NCBI GenBank assembly: GCA_965637545.1
Contig: OZ281498.1
Location: 17,608,001 to 17,672,000 of the forward strand
Direction of reading: 5' to 3'
Length of the DNA stretch: 64,000 bases
Source of the DNA: Phallusia mammillata
Lineage: Eukaryota
Below are positions 51,093-64,000 of the stretch, one piece after another. Position 1 is the first letter of the stretch. Every line of letters starts with the position of its first letter. A program made the position numbers and the translations under genes. The notes beneath the pieces are model-generated. The model was not told the DNA's origin. It searched no databases and worked only from the letters and a program-made list of their open reading frames with translations.

Positions 51093-51966
51093 CTAAACAG
51101 AGCACAAGAGACGCGTCAGTTGAAACAATAAACATTGCGATTCAGACATTAGTTCGGTGTTATTTATGTATCATAGATGCTTCAATATAGAGTGTAGTTA
51201 ATAGATTAGGTTGTTGGTGATGGTGGCGTTTGGCAATAACAATGTCTGCTGCTTCGCATTTTTTGTAACAACGTTGAATTAAAGTAGGCTACAGACTTCA
51301 GTGCGACCTAATACTGAAAGTGATAGAAGTGCGACAGTGTAATTTTGTGGCCGACAAAACCGTTGGACTACAATTCACTAATGAACTTTATAAAGATTTT
51401 AACTCGAATTTGTGCTTTGCAAGGTTTGTTTTGGTTAAAAGTTAAAACGTATTTTCAATTAGAAATCAAAGCACTATTTACAGCGATTTAATGGTAAAAG
51501 CTCAGTGGGTAAATGTGTGAGAAACCAGGTAGGCGGTAGTGCATTGGGAAGTCGGAAACGCGTATTTTACCATAGACAAACCACAAAGAATTTGTCTCAT
51601 TTTCATAAGAACCAAACGCCTCTTTGTGGCTGGTGTGATAATGCGAAACAAGACCGGCGTAATAAAACTTTGCTTGTAATAAGTTTATTGCTAAACTTTG
51701 CCAGAATAATAAATGTAAAAAAGCAGTAAACGTGTTTTATGATGTTCGGCTAAAAAAATGCTTGCAATGGAAAGAAATGTATTCTTGTGCGTGTGAAATG
51801 TATAATGCGATATTAGAAGTGTCTAGCAAGCATCAGATTTCGTTGTCAGAATGAATAATTGTTTAATTTTTGATGTTTTTCAAATTGCAAATTGTGTGGA
51901 TTTTGCAATTGAAATATGTACAACATATGATATAACCCTGTATTTTTAGCACACCTTTTTGCAGTA

Positions 51967-54900
51967 ATGTTTCGTCGGCTGTGCATTCCACTTGTTGTTA
52001 CGATATGTGCCCAGTTTTTTATCGCCGTAGACGGCACATCGTGGACAACATTTGAAAATTGCACAACCAGTGATTGCTACATAACTCAGTCAAACACTTG
52101 TCTAAATGATAACTCCTGTGGTCTCGATGAGGCTTTACAGCTTGTATACCCCAGCGACTGTAATGCTTCGTGTGCCAACGGTTTAACAACAGTGTTATTA
52201 CTCTTCAATCAAGTAAGAAAATTTGAAGGCATAACGTTACACTGAATCTTAGGCATTTTAAAAACATCGGTAAAATTACTACGGTGAATCTAACAACAAA
52301 ATTTAAAACTGAAGGCGCAGCATTTTTTAGTATCAATGAAGTAATACGTTTCAACTCGACATTGCGTTTCAATGAGATGTTTCAAAATAGACTGGATGCA
52401 ATGGAAACTGCTATGACGGACGAAGGGAGATAGTTTATGAATGCTCAACAAACAACTGCACTTTAAAGGAAATAAAGCGGTGTTACAACCATCTAACATG
52501 TACAGGAAAAATTTTGACCGTCAATGGTCCATGCAGTGTTTCTTGTGGCTCTGGAAAGCGTAACGTTACCGATCACTGCAAAGATGGTAAGTTTAACTTG
52601 CAATGCAACGCGTTCCTTTTTTAATTGTGTGGCGATTGCTGGTCAGCGTAAACACTTTAGGGCTCCTACAAGTAATGAATACATGTTCATTATAGCTAAT
52701 ATTTTTACAAAGGTGAACAATGCTATTTTTGTTCTTCTAAACAAGATGCAAAAATGATATTCAAATCATTGTTTTATATAGTTAAGTGGCAATGTAGGTG
52801 GCACCGAACTTCTTTTTCACGGGATTTAAATATATTTTATAATCTGGATGTGGTACATGCGGCCTGGATTTGGCAAACTACCACCAAGCTTGCGTTTCGT
52901 CACACAAGTACAGTGCTATAACCAGTGACAGTGTTTGTTATCTATGTTACTCAACACAATCTAAAAGCTGTTCCTTACGCGTCAGCAAAAATTTAGTCAT
53001 CAAGTAAAACCTCATCCAGCAAGTTTCTTGCATCCATACGGATGACTAATAATTATTCATATTATTTAGTCATAGACAACAGTAATAGCTACAACTGTGC
53101 TGGTTTCGATGGGAAACCGACCAAGGTGCGTTTAGAAGACTGCAACACACAACCTTGTCCGACTTGGTCAACATGGGGGTCAGCAAGTAAATGTTCCAAA
53201 AGTTGCGGTAGTGGAACTCAACGTTATCTACGTGAATGCATGTATGAGGGATCCAATAGTCCAGGATTGTGCAAAACAGGTAAAGCAATACATTGCCTTT
53301 AGATTCAGTTGGTTTGTTTTAAGATACTGCTCGCACTACGGTAAACATTCCCCGCCAAGCTAGGTGGTCTTGCTGAAAGAAAATGCGTTTTCAAAAAAAA
53401 TGGACAAGCAAACATGATTGTGCTGACCAAGATTTTTCGATTCTAAGTCTTTTGTCACATCAAAATGTAATGTTGTATTGCCTGTTCGTTGTTGGAATTT
53501 TCGACAGCAATATTAGGGTAGCTAACTGCTTTTTATCCTGCACGGGGCTGCTGTTGCTAATCGGCTCTTGTATACATCACAATACCGTCAGATCATTATT
53601 AATGGAATCCTATTTCAGGTTCTGCAAACCGCAGTGAGTCATGTAACACACATGATTGTCCGAGTTGGTCTACCTGGGCATCTTATGGCTCTTGCTCACG
53701 TACATGTGGAACAGGAAGTCAATCTTACATAAGAGAGTGTAGATATCAGGGATCAAGTTCAAACTCAAGTCTATGTCCAGGTTGGATTACCACGTTTCAT
53801 CAATAACCGAATATTTAAGCTGTTGTTTGTTTGAAATAGCCATGAAACGCAAACGAACAACTCCAAAACTGACTGATAAATTTGCAGCTGTAAGAAATTT
53901 GTTGTATGGGCTAGACTTAGAGCTAGACCAATGTTTAAATTACGGCAATACAGTTTTGTGGGTAACAAACTAAACACCATGCTCGTTTCTTGAATCCCAC
54001 AACAGAGCAAAAATAACCTACTGCTTAAAATATTAGATTTTGAAAGAGACGAAATTTCATTGTTTTGTTATGTGCTAGAACAAACCAAAACCATGCAAAT
54101 ACTTTAAACAGTATGTCATATAAATTCAATCATACAAGAATATCATTAATTTTTTCGATTTACCATTTAGCATTTAAGCTTACATATAATTTAATGCGAC
54201 AAAAATATACATGAACAAAAGCGGTCGATCTACATGTTACAGGCAGTTGATCCGCAGCAATTAAGAGTTTGACACTTAAATTCATTTACCTACTTTATAG
54301 GCCAAGATAACAACACTACCAAGTGCAATACACCAAACTGCCCGACCTGGTCATCGTGGAAAACCTTAGGTTCTTGTTCCCGGTCTTGTGGAACAGGACA
54401 ACAACGTTACACACGAGTGTGTAATTACTTGGGTCTCACTCAAGATCTATGCACAGGTAAATTAAAATAAAACAAGTTCGAAAGGACATACATGCCCTGA
54501 GGTACTTGTAGTGACTGCTGTCCACATACATGACACACTAAGCCGGCAACGTATGTGAAAAATGCATCAAATAATTATTCAAAGAATATTTTCTGAGGTA
54601 TAAAATTGACAAGAACCAAAAAAGGATATCCTCTTCAGTTCATTTTTTGCTTACGGGTACCACTATAATGCAAACTAAACTTTTACTTTGTACAACCAAA
54701 CACAATGTGCCTTTTAGGTTCGTCATCAAAGACCGAAAACTGTAACACCACACCCTGCCCTTCGTTGTGGTCATCCTGGTCAGCTTGGTCAACTTGCGAC
54801 GCAACAAACGCATTGAGAAATGGAAAGATCACCAGAAACAGGTACATTTGCTATACATAAGCTGTGACATCTTTCAGCAGGATTTCGATCGTTCAAGTAA

Positions 54901-57900
54901 CTATAACAGTCTTGAGCAGAAAGGTGTGTAAAGGTTTCAGGTGGGTGTAACTACAACCAATTTTAGGAGAGGAAAGCAACTATTCTTAATTTGTAAGAAC
55001 ATATTTGCGCATCGAAAGACATTTGCTACTAACTAATGGGAATTAAACCACACACTCCTTTGTACTCTTGGCATTAACTAAATGTATTCTTAATTTTAAA
55101 CAGCTTTAAACTGGTATTTAGCTTACCATTGTACTATCGGATATTTTGTTTTATTTTGTGCAGAACATGCTACTCGGGTCTAGTGTACGGGCGTTGTGAT
55201 GGCAATACGGAACCAAACCTTGTTAAGGAATTGGAACACCAAGATTGTACATGGTGGTAAGTAGTTCATTGTAGAAAGCGTTAAGGCTTTGTTTTTATTA
55301 TGTGTTTGCTTGTGAAGTCAAACACAGATTGAAAAATGCTCTGGGGTATCACCTTGTGATCATTGGAGCTCGTGGACAACCGACCATTGTGGTACAAATA
55401 AAGGTATTTTGTAAGATAATAACGATGCTGTAGTGTTATGTATCGTACTAAAACTGATGCAAAGGTAACTATTGCATCTGAAAGGAGTTCAATTTTACTG
55501 TGGTTTTCTTTAACTACTATACCGCGTTTTCTTAAACATCTTTATAAACTAAAGCGGGAAAAAAACAAAAGAAGTAAAACGGTGTGTATTTTAGCGCGAA
55601 ATAAAATTTGGCTTTCTATCTTTAGTCATTGTACCACATCTGTGACCAGGGTGCTAGTGTAAACAACGACGCTTATGATAACAAAATATTATACTAACAC
55701 GCAGTGGTCTTAGTTTCGAAAATCACGAAAATTTTACTGTTTACGCAGAAACAAGGAGGAGATTTTGTATCGGTGTTTGGAAACCCGATCTGCTGAATAT
55801 TCACTGTGACATGAGTGATTACATAAAGGCTGCACCACCAGAACTGAGCACGGGTAGAAATGCATTTTATCGTTAACATATTCGTTACATTTAATATCGT
55901 CTGTGTTTAGATTCTGGAGGTCTAGTCGCTGGAGTTATACTTGCTTCAATTGCTGTGATTGTGATTTTATTGCTTTTGGCAAGATGTAAAGGCTACCTTA
56001 TTATCGAAATGAAACTCAACAATAATAAAAATAAGACTGAAAATTCTAGAGTGAATGAACACCGAAAACCGCCAAAACCCAATCCCTACGCAACGCAAGA
56101 CGGCAATGCAAGGTTGGTTACTAGATTTTCTTGCAAAATGTTTTTGCCTCGGATACGAGAGATATTTACATTCGTCTCACTTACAAGTCTTCTAAAAACT
56201 AGGACGCGACAAAGTAGAAATGATAACAGAAAACCCTTTGGATGCTTTCTTTAGCTACAAATCAAAACTTTTACATTTGTTGCAAGCGTTTTCAGAATTT
56301 ATTCTTATCATTATCTGATAGATGCCTAAACAAACTTAATCTGTTACATAAAATGTCTATGAATAAAAAGTTAACGTTTTTCATCATGTGTCATTAGCTT
56401 AAACTATTCTCTTTAGCAAACACATACACGTTGAAGATGAGTTTAGTTCGGATGGAAGCTCAACCCAACCAGCAAATGGGACTAAAAATACAGGTAGTCA
56501 TGAACACAGGTCTCAAGCCCATCGTTTTCCGTTTCTGAAATAAGCTACGCACACCAGACAACGACGTGTTGAACGAGCGCTTCTTTTTATTCGATCCTTA
56601 TTAGAATTAGGAATAACCACCCCATTGAATTACCGGTCGAAACAGAATAAGAATAGTATGTGCTGTGTTGTTTAGGTTACGAGAACATAAGTTTGTCGAG
56701 GAAACTTCCTTCCAGTTCCTCCGAACCTGTTCCTCGACCCGGCAGTATGGATGCTGACGGTTACGTAAAACCCAACCTATTACTGTAAGTCACAGCTGTT
56801 TACATATCAATTCAACCTGTTTTAGTGAGCTAAAACTTCGGTTTTGTCAACAGCTCAAACAACCTTTACGAAGACGCGACAGCCAAGCCCGTTTTTATCC
56901 AGCCCATTACTTCCCCAGGTATATTTTTTACTTTCGCTTTGTTATTACATAAACTTTCAGGCTTTTACTAGGTTCAAGAAATGATATAAATTTGTTTTCA
57001 ATAGGATTACAAAACGAGGTTTTGTACGACACAATCATTATGCAAACCGTTGTTTCTGAAGGTGCGTTTGCCTCGAGTTTTATGTTCTTTTTCATCGAAA
57101 CATAAATCGAAAAATATAACAACTTATTTTATACGTTCATACCAGGCAACAAGAAAACTACCGGAAAACCAACACCGCCAACCAAACCTAACAATGCATC
57201 TCCGAAGAAACACTACGTTAATATTCAGTATGTTTTAATCCGATCAAGATAAAAAAAATAATTAAAATGATACAAAGCAACTTGTAAGCTAATAAACTGA
57301 TGCTTATAAAGGACAAAGGCAGAATCGCCAAAACGGGACAACAATAATCAGAAGAAACCTCCCATCATGCCACAAGTGAAACCACAACCGAAACCTCTTT
57401 CACCGAAACCTAAAAATCTTCCGACTGGAGGCAAGTGGGCAAATGGGGAGAAAAACTATCGTATAAATAAAAAAAGCATTGTACAGGCGCAAGCGATCTT
57501 GAATTGGTGGTTTGTTTTCTATGCCTTGCCATGACAAATGAAAATAAAAAAGAAACAGATTTACAAAAAAATAAAAGATGCTTGCCTTAATGCTAAAGTA
57601 ATAGTTTACCAAAGATATAACATGACAAACATTAACATTAAAAAGGTGGAAACATCAAAACTCTTGCGAAGAAATTGGAAGAGTTAAAGACTGCAAATTA
57701 TTCTGAGGATGAGCCTAATCTTGACGCATCCGTTACCAATACACAGTAAGGAATTCAATTTCGTGTCCTCCTTTCAAGCTAACTTTACAAAAAATCACAA
57801 GAAATGTGGTTGTGCAAATACATATGGTCAAGCCCCAAAAAATAATAAGTACAGTTTGTCATTCAAGTGGACAAACCGGTATTTTAAGATTTAACTTTGC

Positions 57901-58320
57901 CAGATCCTCGTCAACGACCACATCAGCAATCTCAAGTGTAGCTGACACAAAAGCCAAACTGGCGCAAATGTTTAATAAAGGTAAGGGCATAAATTAGAAA
58001 ACATAAGCTAAAGTATAGAATTTAAACAAGCAGTTGTGAACAAAATCTCGTCAAATGAATTTTAAACCTTCGTTACGTTATATTTTGCTTCGGTGTGTCA
58101 TCTATAATTCTTGTGTCAGCTATAATTCAGTCTTGTTACAAACAAAAACGGTAAACAAATGGGCGAAAATTTTGTTACAATTTTGTTTTAATTTTTTTAC
58201 GTTTTAGGTATCGACGACCAGTCGGTAAACAACCAAAACAGCAAACCAGCAACTAGTCCAACTAGACAGGCTGGAAAATACAAGCAGCCTGCGATAATGC
58301 CCCCAGTAAAACGCATGTAA
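51967..58320 (+). CDS. TSP1-repeat type I transmembrane receptor-like protein 1 (~758 aa; signal peptide, ~6-7 TSP1-like repeats, TM, long Tyr/Pro-motif tail)
   Basis: Phase-consistent exons: 51967-52212, 52391-52586, 53076-53279, 53619-53780, 54301-54456, 54718-54841, 55164-55256, 55318-55403, 55749-55853, 55911-56112, 56417-56493, 56676-56784, 56854-56918, 57005-57061, 57146-57227, 57312-57434, 57904-57980, 58208-58320 (sum 2277 nt). WSxW...CSxSCGxG...R-x-C motifs; TM GLVAGVILASIAVIVILLLLA. Confidence 0.85.
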
Positions 58321-59134
58321 CGAAACCACGCCACGAAGCGGATAATGAAGATAAAATGATTTTAGTCTTCTGCAAAAAAAAACATGTGTTTTTATCAAAA
58401 CTGCTGAAAAAAATGATGACAGACCAACACCACCAAAGGAGTCAAAAATACGAAAAACTATTTTTGCATTAATCATCAAAGCAAACTTTACATCTTGATA
58501 AAAAAATACCAGTGGTTCACGACATTCTTTAATTATTTGAAACGCATAGGCCATAACCTGTGTGGTGCAATCTTTTCAAAAATAATCTTTTTGAAAAGGG
58601 TTTGCAAAAGATATGTACAAGATCAATCATAAGTAAATTATAATTTGTGAAAAGGCCCTGTAATGCGACATGACCACCTATATGTGGGCCCAATGGACGC
58701 TCACTAATCACATTCGTGTGCAATGATTTTATTAAATGTTATCGGTTGGAAGATTTAATATAGACTCTTTTTATTGTCACTTGACGTTTGATTGAAAACA
58801 TAATGTCCAGAAAACCTGTGTGTGTCAAGCACACAAACATTTCATTAAGTCCCATAATTGGTCGAGTCATGAGATTAGCGTTTAGTGTGATAATTCAAAA
58901 CCTCGTGTTGTAATTATATCTTTACATCCTACGCGCATTTCAAATCGCATTGTTGTTGTTTTGTTCGCATGTATAGTTTAATATAATAAACATAACAAAA
59001 CGATGTTCCGTCAACTTATCTCACTATGCAAACTAAAGAACAATGCAAATCTTAGTTCCTCCCATATTCATTCGCAGCAGAACTGTAAAAGTCGAAGTGT
59101 CAACTAGGTAACCAAGACTCACAAACGTATAGCC

Positions 59135-62037
59135 ATGGGCCTGCATAAAATTTCGTCGTGCGTACTTTTGGTCTTGGTATCATTGGGATTGAAAATAAGT
59201 GGAGCTGTTTGGTCACCATGGACTACTTGTTCGAGTAATAGCTCATGCAATAAGCAAAGGATACAAAAATGTGTCGTTGATGGCTATTCAGTTGAGGGGT
59301 GGAGATGTGTTAAACCTAATATGTATTATAAAGAACTTTGGACGGGTGACTGCGCTGGTGGATGTCCTGGAAAGCGGACGGCTCCCAAAGTAAGAGGCAC
59401 AGAGAAAATTATAAATACTACCTTATGAGCCATAAATGAAAAAGTGCAAAGTTTGATGTGATTGTTACATATACAATTAAATGTATCACAATGCAATAAT
59501 TTATTCGATCCAAATTATAGAAATTCAACAACGTTGTTCATAGTTGCAAAAACCTCAAAACAGTAACATTTAAACCAACAAGTGTATTCATTAGATTAGT
59601 GCAAGTTAATTACAAATTTCAGCAAACCAAGTTCTGCAATGGGACTTGTTATGACGCTACAGCAACGGTCGAATCTACGTGCAAGAAACGGCCAACATGT
59701 AAAAAGATTCAAAAACTTCGATGTTACAACGAACACAGCTGCTTTGGTATTTGGGTCCAATCAGATTTCACATGTTCAATACCTTGCGGCAAAGGAACAA
59801 AATTGCAGACTTTGCGTTGTAAAGAGCTCAACAAAGGTTCATCTTGTGATTGTTGTGTTTAGGATATGAGTGTGTGTACGTATATACTGTTACGTAAACC
59901 TACTTTACAACTAGCAACGGTAGTTTGCGATTGGAGCAAATAGCTTCGTGATATTTTAAGTTCACTCATTTTAAGAAATTTTTTAAAAACAGTTGTGACA
60001 TAATTTGGTGTGAAAGCTGACGGCAAACTTTAGAAAATGTTTTATAAAAGTTAAAAATTTAGTCCTGTTGGAATGTTTTGTGGGAAATATTTTGCAAATA
60101 TTTTTTCAAAGAGTTAAATTATTCTTTTTCCCCCATTCAAACACAGCAAAAAAACAAAGAGCAAGTCCCGTAAACCGTGTTTTTAGGCAGCTCGCAACTC
60201 GTACCTTCATACAATTGCAACGGAACAAACGGCAGCAGTGCGAGTGTTATAACAAGAAACACTCATGTGCCATGCAACATACAACCATGTCCCACTTGGA
60301 GCAGTTGGACACAATCTTATCCTTGCTCACAATCTTGTGACGGAGGAGTAAAGTTTTTAATGAGCAATTGTTTATACACCGGGCGTCCAAGCACATTATG
60401 TGGAAGTATGCTTATTTTACATATCTAACAATTAAAAAAGTGATTATTACCCACGTTAGAGGTGATATTTAACTTATACAAGTCTATGTAGTCATTAAGT
60501 TTTTTCCCCAATGTATGTATATTATGTATGTAGTAACAAGGTGACCAATGTAGTCCGTGTGGGGTGGAAATTCCAGCAATTCTAAGAGTATATAAGACAA
60601 AATTGCGCTAAACAGTCGCTACAGACTATATAACAAACTAACAACCATTTTTGCTGTTGGAAAAGCGCAACGAAACCGCCACAAAAAAGTAACATCTAAA
60701 AACGACCTTTGCAGTGTAAAAATCAAATACATAGCCTTTTGACAACACAACATCCTTTTGGCGACCCAGACATTAGAGTGTACAACTGAGACAACAAAGT
60801 TCAATTTACATGATGTCTAATATGCTAATGCTTCACAGGTACGTCATCAGTGCGCGTCAGACAGGAAACGTGCAACACAACACCGTGCCATGGCTCATGG
60901 AGCGCGTGGAGCTGTACGTTCAATACATCCGGGATTGTAGCGTTGCGCAAAAGAATAAGGTGGGTTAGCGTCTTCGAATATCTTTGAGATACTTACGGTC
61001 CTTTTCTGTTAAGAAAATGCCCCAAAAAAGAAAAGAAAAACCAATCGTGCGGAACCATAATAGAAAGCTGTCCATGTGTGGCGTCATTGGAGAGCGATAC
61101 AGTTCCGGTGTATATTAGTTGAGTACAACAATGGTGTTAGTTTAAAACAAAATTATACTAACCAATGTAGACTATATATCACTTAACGCAGAGCAAAGTT
61201 TACAAAATCTGTTTATGTGGAATAAAAACTTCATTAACAAACAATTATACTCGTTTTAGACGATCTCCAGAAACAAACTGTGCTTAACTTTCATTTAAAT
61301 AGTCAACAATATACTAATAAAAGCATCTTAAATAAACTTATAACACGCCCCTAAAATCATGCTTTCAGAATATCATATCATCACAATCGGAGTTGGATTG
61401 GTGTCAGTTATCATTATTGTTTTGCTAATAGCATGGAGTTGCAAGTTGTTGAAACGAATCGCGGCTTTGGAAAAGTAAGAAAAACATTTTTGCCATTATT
61501 GTTTGCGAAAACGAATTTCTTTGTTTGTTATTGAGTTTAAAAGTGAATAATCGTAACAAATTTGATTTTAGCATCAAGACAACTCTGCCAGAACACAGCA
61601 TGCTTCAAATCATAGGTGAGCAAAAAACAGTACAAATGTTCAGTAACACTTTCGCAATAAAACGGAACGTTAATATATTTCTCTTAAACTTACAGAGACG
61701 AATGAGGATTCCTACCAGTTTTACGAAGAAGCAGATAAAGTTGATAACTTGCGACCATACGCAACAAGGTACAAATTTATGAACTTAGTAGTAGATCTTC
61801 TGTCAAAAAGTTGTGTTTTTCAGTGAACAAATTGGACTGGTTGAATCTAGCCCTGGCATCGTATCAAGTGAGATTAATTTAACTTTACAATTGCTTGCAT
61901 TATGGAATCATTTTTTCTTTGCAGATAAAAGCATTGTGAGCAGTAGCAGCTATGTTAATGTTGGACACCGAAAAAATGTCTACGTAGACGTTGTGCAGCC
62001 TTTATCGGATTCTGAAGGGCAATATGTCAAAATATAA
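59135..62037 (+). CDS. TSP1-repeat type I transmembrane receptor-like protein 2 (shorter ectodomain, short Tyr-motif tail)
   Basis: Exons 59135-59389, 59623-59836, 60187-60405, 60839-60959, 61014-~61110 (donor uncertain), 61369-61474 (TM IITIGVGLVSVIIIVLLIAW), 61572-61615, 61696-61768, 61824-61867, 61925-62037. Signal peptide MGLHKISSCVLLVLVSLGLKISG; WSPW, CSIPCGKG, WSSW..CSQSCDGG and WSAW motifs. Confidence 0.8.
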
Positions 62038-62372
62038 TCGATATTGCACAAAATGAGTTTTCTACAGTTAACCGAATAAAAAAAACGAACAATAAATTGT
62101 TGTGATAAGTGCAACTGTGCCAGTAACCGTAACTATCTTTTTTCGTTCGATGTACATTTTACAATCGTTGACAAAATATTGCGATAATAAAGGAAGTAAA
62201 TGCATTATGTTCAATTTAACAGTTTTGATGTGATCACTTTTACCAAGCCAGATACAACTCAAAAAACGCAGTAAACATGCGAAACAATTAAAGTCATAAC
62301 TCTAAATCTTGACCAAATATTATCCTGAGACAAAAACTGTTTTGTGTACGGTGTTGCGGTATCTTATGTCAG

Positions 62373-62527
62373 GAAGCAATTCAATCACAATGACTTCCGT
62401 TTATAAAAACCATGACAGCGATAGTGATCAACGGCCAACACAAATTAGTAGACTCAAGCAAAAATTCCAAGTAAAAGAAAATACTGCATATGACAGTATA
62501 GTGAGTTCATTGGAACGACCGCCTTAA
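62373..62527 (+). CDS. Candidate alternative terminal exon of TSP1 receptor 2
   Basis: tgtcag|GA acceptor in phase 1 matches the donor at 61867; encodes ...TSVYKNHD...ISRLKQKFQVKENTAYDSIVSSLERPP*. Confidence 0.45.
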
Positions 62528-62748
62528 CATCCGGTAAGCAAGGACACTGACGTTTTAGACGTCTGCAACAAATCGTGCTGACCAAAAGAAAAACAACAGC
62601 ACAAAAATCAGTTTCTAGACACCTTCTTGACAGAAAAAAAACGTGCAATGATTAAATGTAGTCGTTCGATTATAAGCGTTCGCTACACGACAACCATACA
62701 GTAAGTTATAAAATTAGTACGTGAACAACAGACCCTTGACTGTACAAA

Positions 62749-63907
62749 ATGGGAAATATCAGATTCGAGCTTATTGGGCTAGTTATAGTGTGTATGTTTT
62801 GCATGGGCTATGGACAAAATTGGTCGGTTTGGACAAGAGCCAGGCACGATCCCAACGAAATGTCACGGCATGTTACATGTACAAGACACGGCGAAGTTTA
62901 CACAGGATCGCAATGTGTAAATGTGGGAGAAGTTTACACGGAAATTACTAACGGACATTGTAAACGAAACCCACTTCAATCCTTGTCAAGGGTAAGAGCA
63001 AAAAAAACTAGCTGATTAACCAATTATTTATGTTGAATGTATTAAAACAGGTTTTTGACACTGTGAACAGGATCTTGACATCTTAGCAGAAAATGCTGTT
63101 TCTAAAAATGATAAGCGAACTAATAAAAATTAGTGCCTGAATTCAACAATTTATGACAAAGTATACAAAACTGATATGAATGTTGCAGAAAAACTCATCA
63201 TCACAAGGCGGAAGATGCTACGACGCGTATACGGAATTCAAAGTCACATTTTTGTTTAATCCAAAGTGCAATAAGCGCCAGAGAACAAAGATGTACAATA
63301 ACAGCACATGTGATGGGATCTGGAATAGTACTATGACAAAAGCGTGCAGCAAATCCTGTGGCAGTGATAACTACACATATACAATGCGCTGCTATAACAA
63401 AGGTTGGTTGCTAATATAAGTTTTTTAACACAACGAGAAAGAAAAAGTGTCAAATGCCAATAATTCCGAAAGAGATCATCAATACGATAAAGCTCATGTT
63501 TCATTCAATACGGCAAGGTTCAAGACATACCCAATTAAAAAAAAACGTGCAAATGTTTTTCTTATAAAACCTAATGAAGCTTTTTACAGTTAAGGGACGG
63601 ATTAGGATTTTTTCTCTGCTTCATGTTGCAGCCAAAACATAGGTCTACGCCATTTTTCGCCTGTCGAACTTAGAAGTTTAATTTTATTTTAAAACTTGGC
63701 TACCTTTTTTAGACAACACATCCAGTTATAACTGCAAGGACAGCGATGGTAAATGGGCAATAAATGTAACACGGCCCTGCAACATACCGTCCTGTGCTTC
63801 ATGGGGACGTTGGAAAAAGACTCTTTGCTCTAATTCCTGCGGCCGAGGACATCGCACAGAAACCAGTAAATGTGTTTATGCAGGAGAATTAAGAATGGAT
63901 TGCGAAA
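62749..63907 (+). CDS. TSP1-repeat protein 3 (3'-partial, runs out of the window)
   Basis: Exons 62749-62991, 63189-63402, 63713-63907; signal peptide MGNIRFELIGLVIVCMFCMGYG; WSVW, CSKSCG and WGRW..CSNSCGRG motifs; same intron phases (0,1,1) as paralogs 1 and 2, and exon 2 is 214 nt as in paralog 2. Confidence 0.8.
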
Positions 63908-64000
63908 GTAAGCTAAATATAACTCAGAAGGTTAAATATACAAATATGTTGGCATTGTATATCATAATTGTGGTAAGAATCGTTTCAATTTGCACCTTTT

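Noticed and set aside
57431-57436. Possible GC-AG donor (GAG|gcaagt) in TSP1 receptor 1
   Set aside because: It puts the next exon in a frame with an early stop; the GT donor at 57435 keeps the frame open through to the last exon.

Overview
AT-rich, intron-rich animal genomic DNA; an invertebrate such as a tunicate is plausible, but this is inference only. The backbone is the 3' part (mid-AAA1 to stop) of a single-headed inner-arm axonemal dynein heavy chain gene, DNAH3-like, on the minus strand. I traced it by hand as 50 phase-consistent GT-AG exons from 51092 to the TAA at 1229. Its largest introns hold other things. (i) A 17.6-kb intron (4564-22206) contains three antisense paralogous genes for ~105-aa very acidic proteins, two of them from a ~6-kb segmental duplication. 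(ii) A 4.5-kb intron holds a frameshifted Penelope-like retroelement with a minimal hammerhead ribozyme in its terminal repeats. (iii) The region beyond 51092 (>12.9 kb, apparently another intron) holds a tandem array of three diverged TSP1-repeat genes on the + strand. The two complete ones encode single-pass receptors with ITIM/ITSM/YxN-like tyrosine motifs in the tail. The dynein also has candidate frame-preserving alternative exons (a 384-nt Pro/Ser/Thr-rich cassette in AAA6 and two microexons of 18 and 27 nt), a 75-bp minisatellite that multiplies a splice acceptor, and a hAT-type MITE. All gene models are manual and unverified by transcripts.
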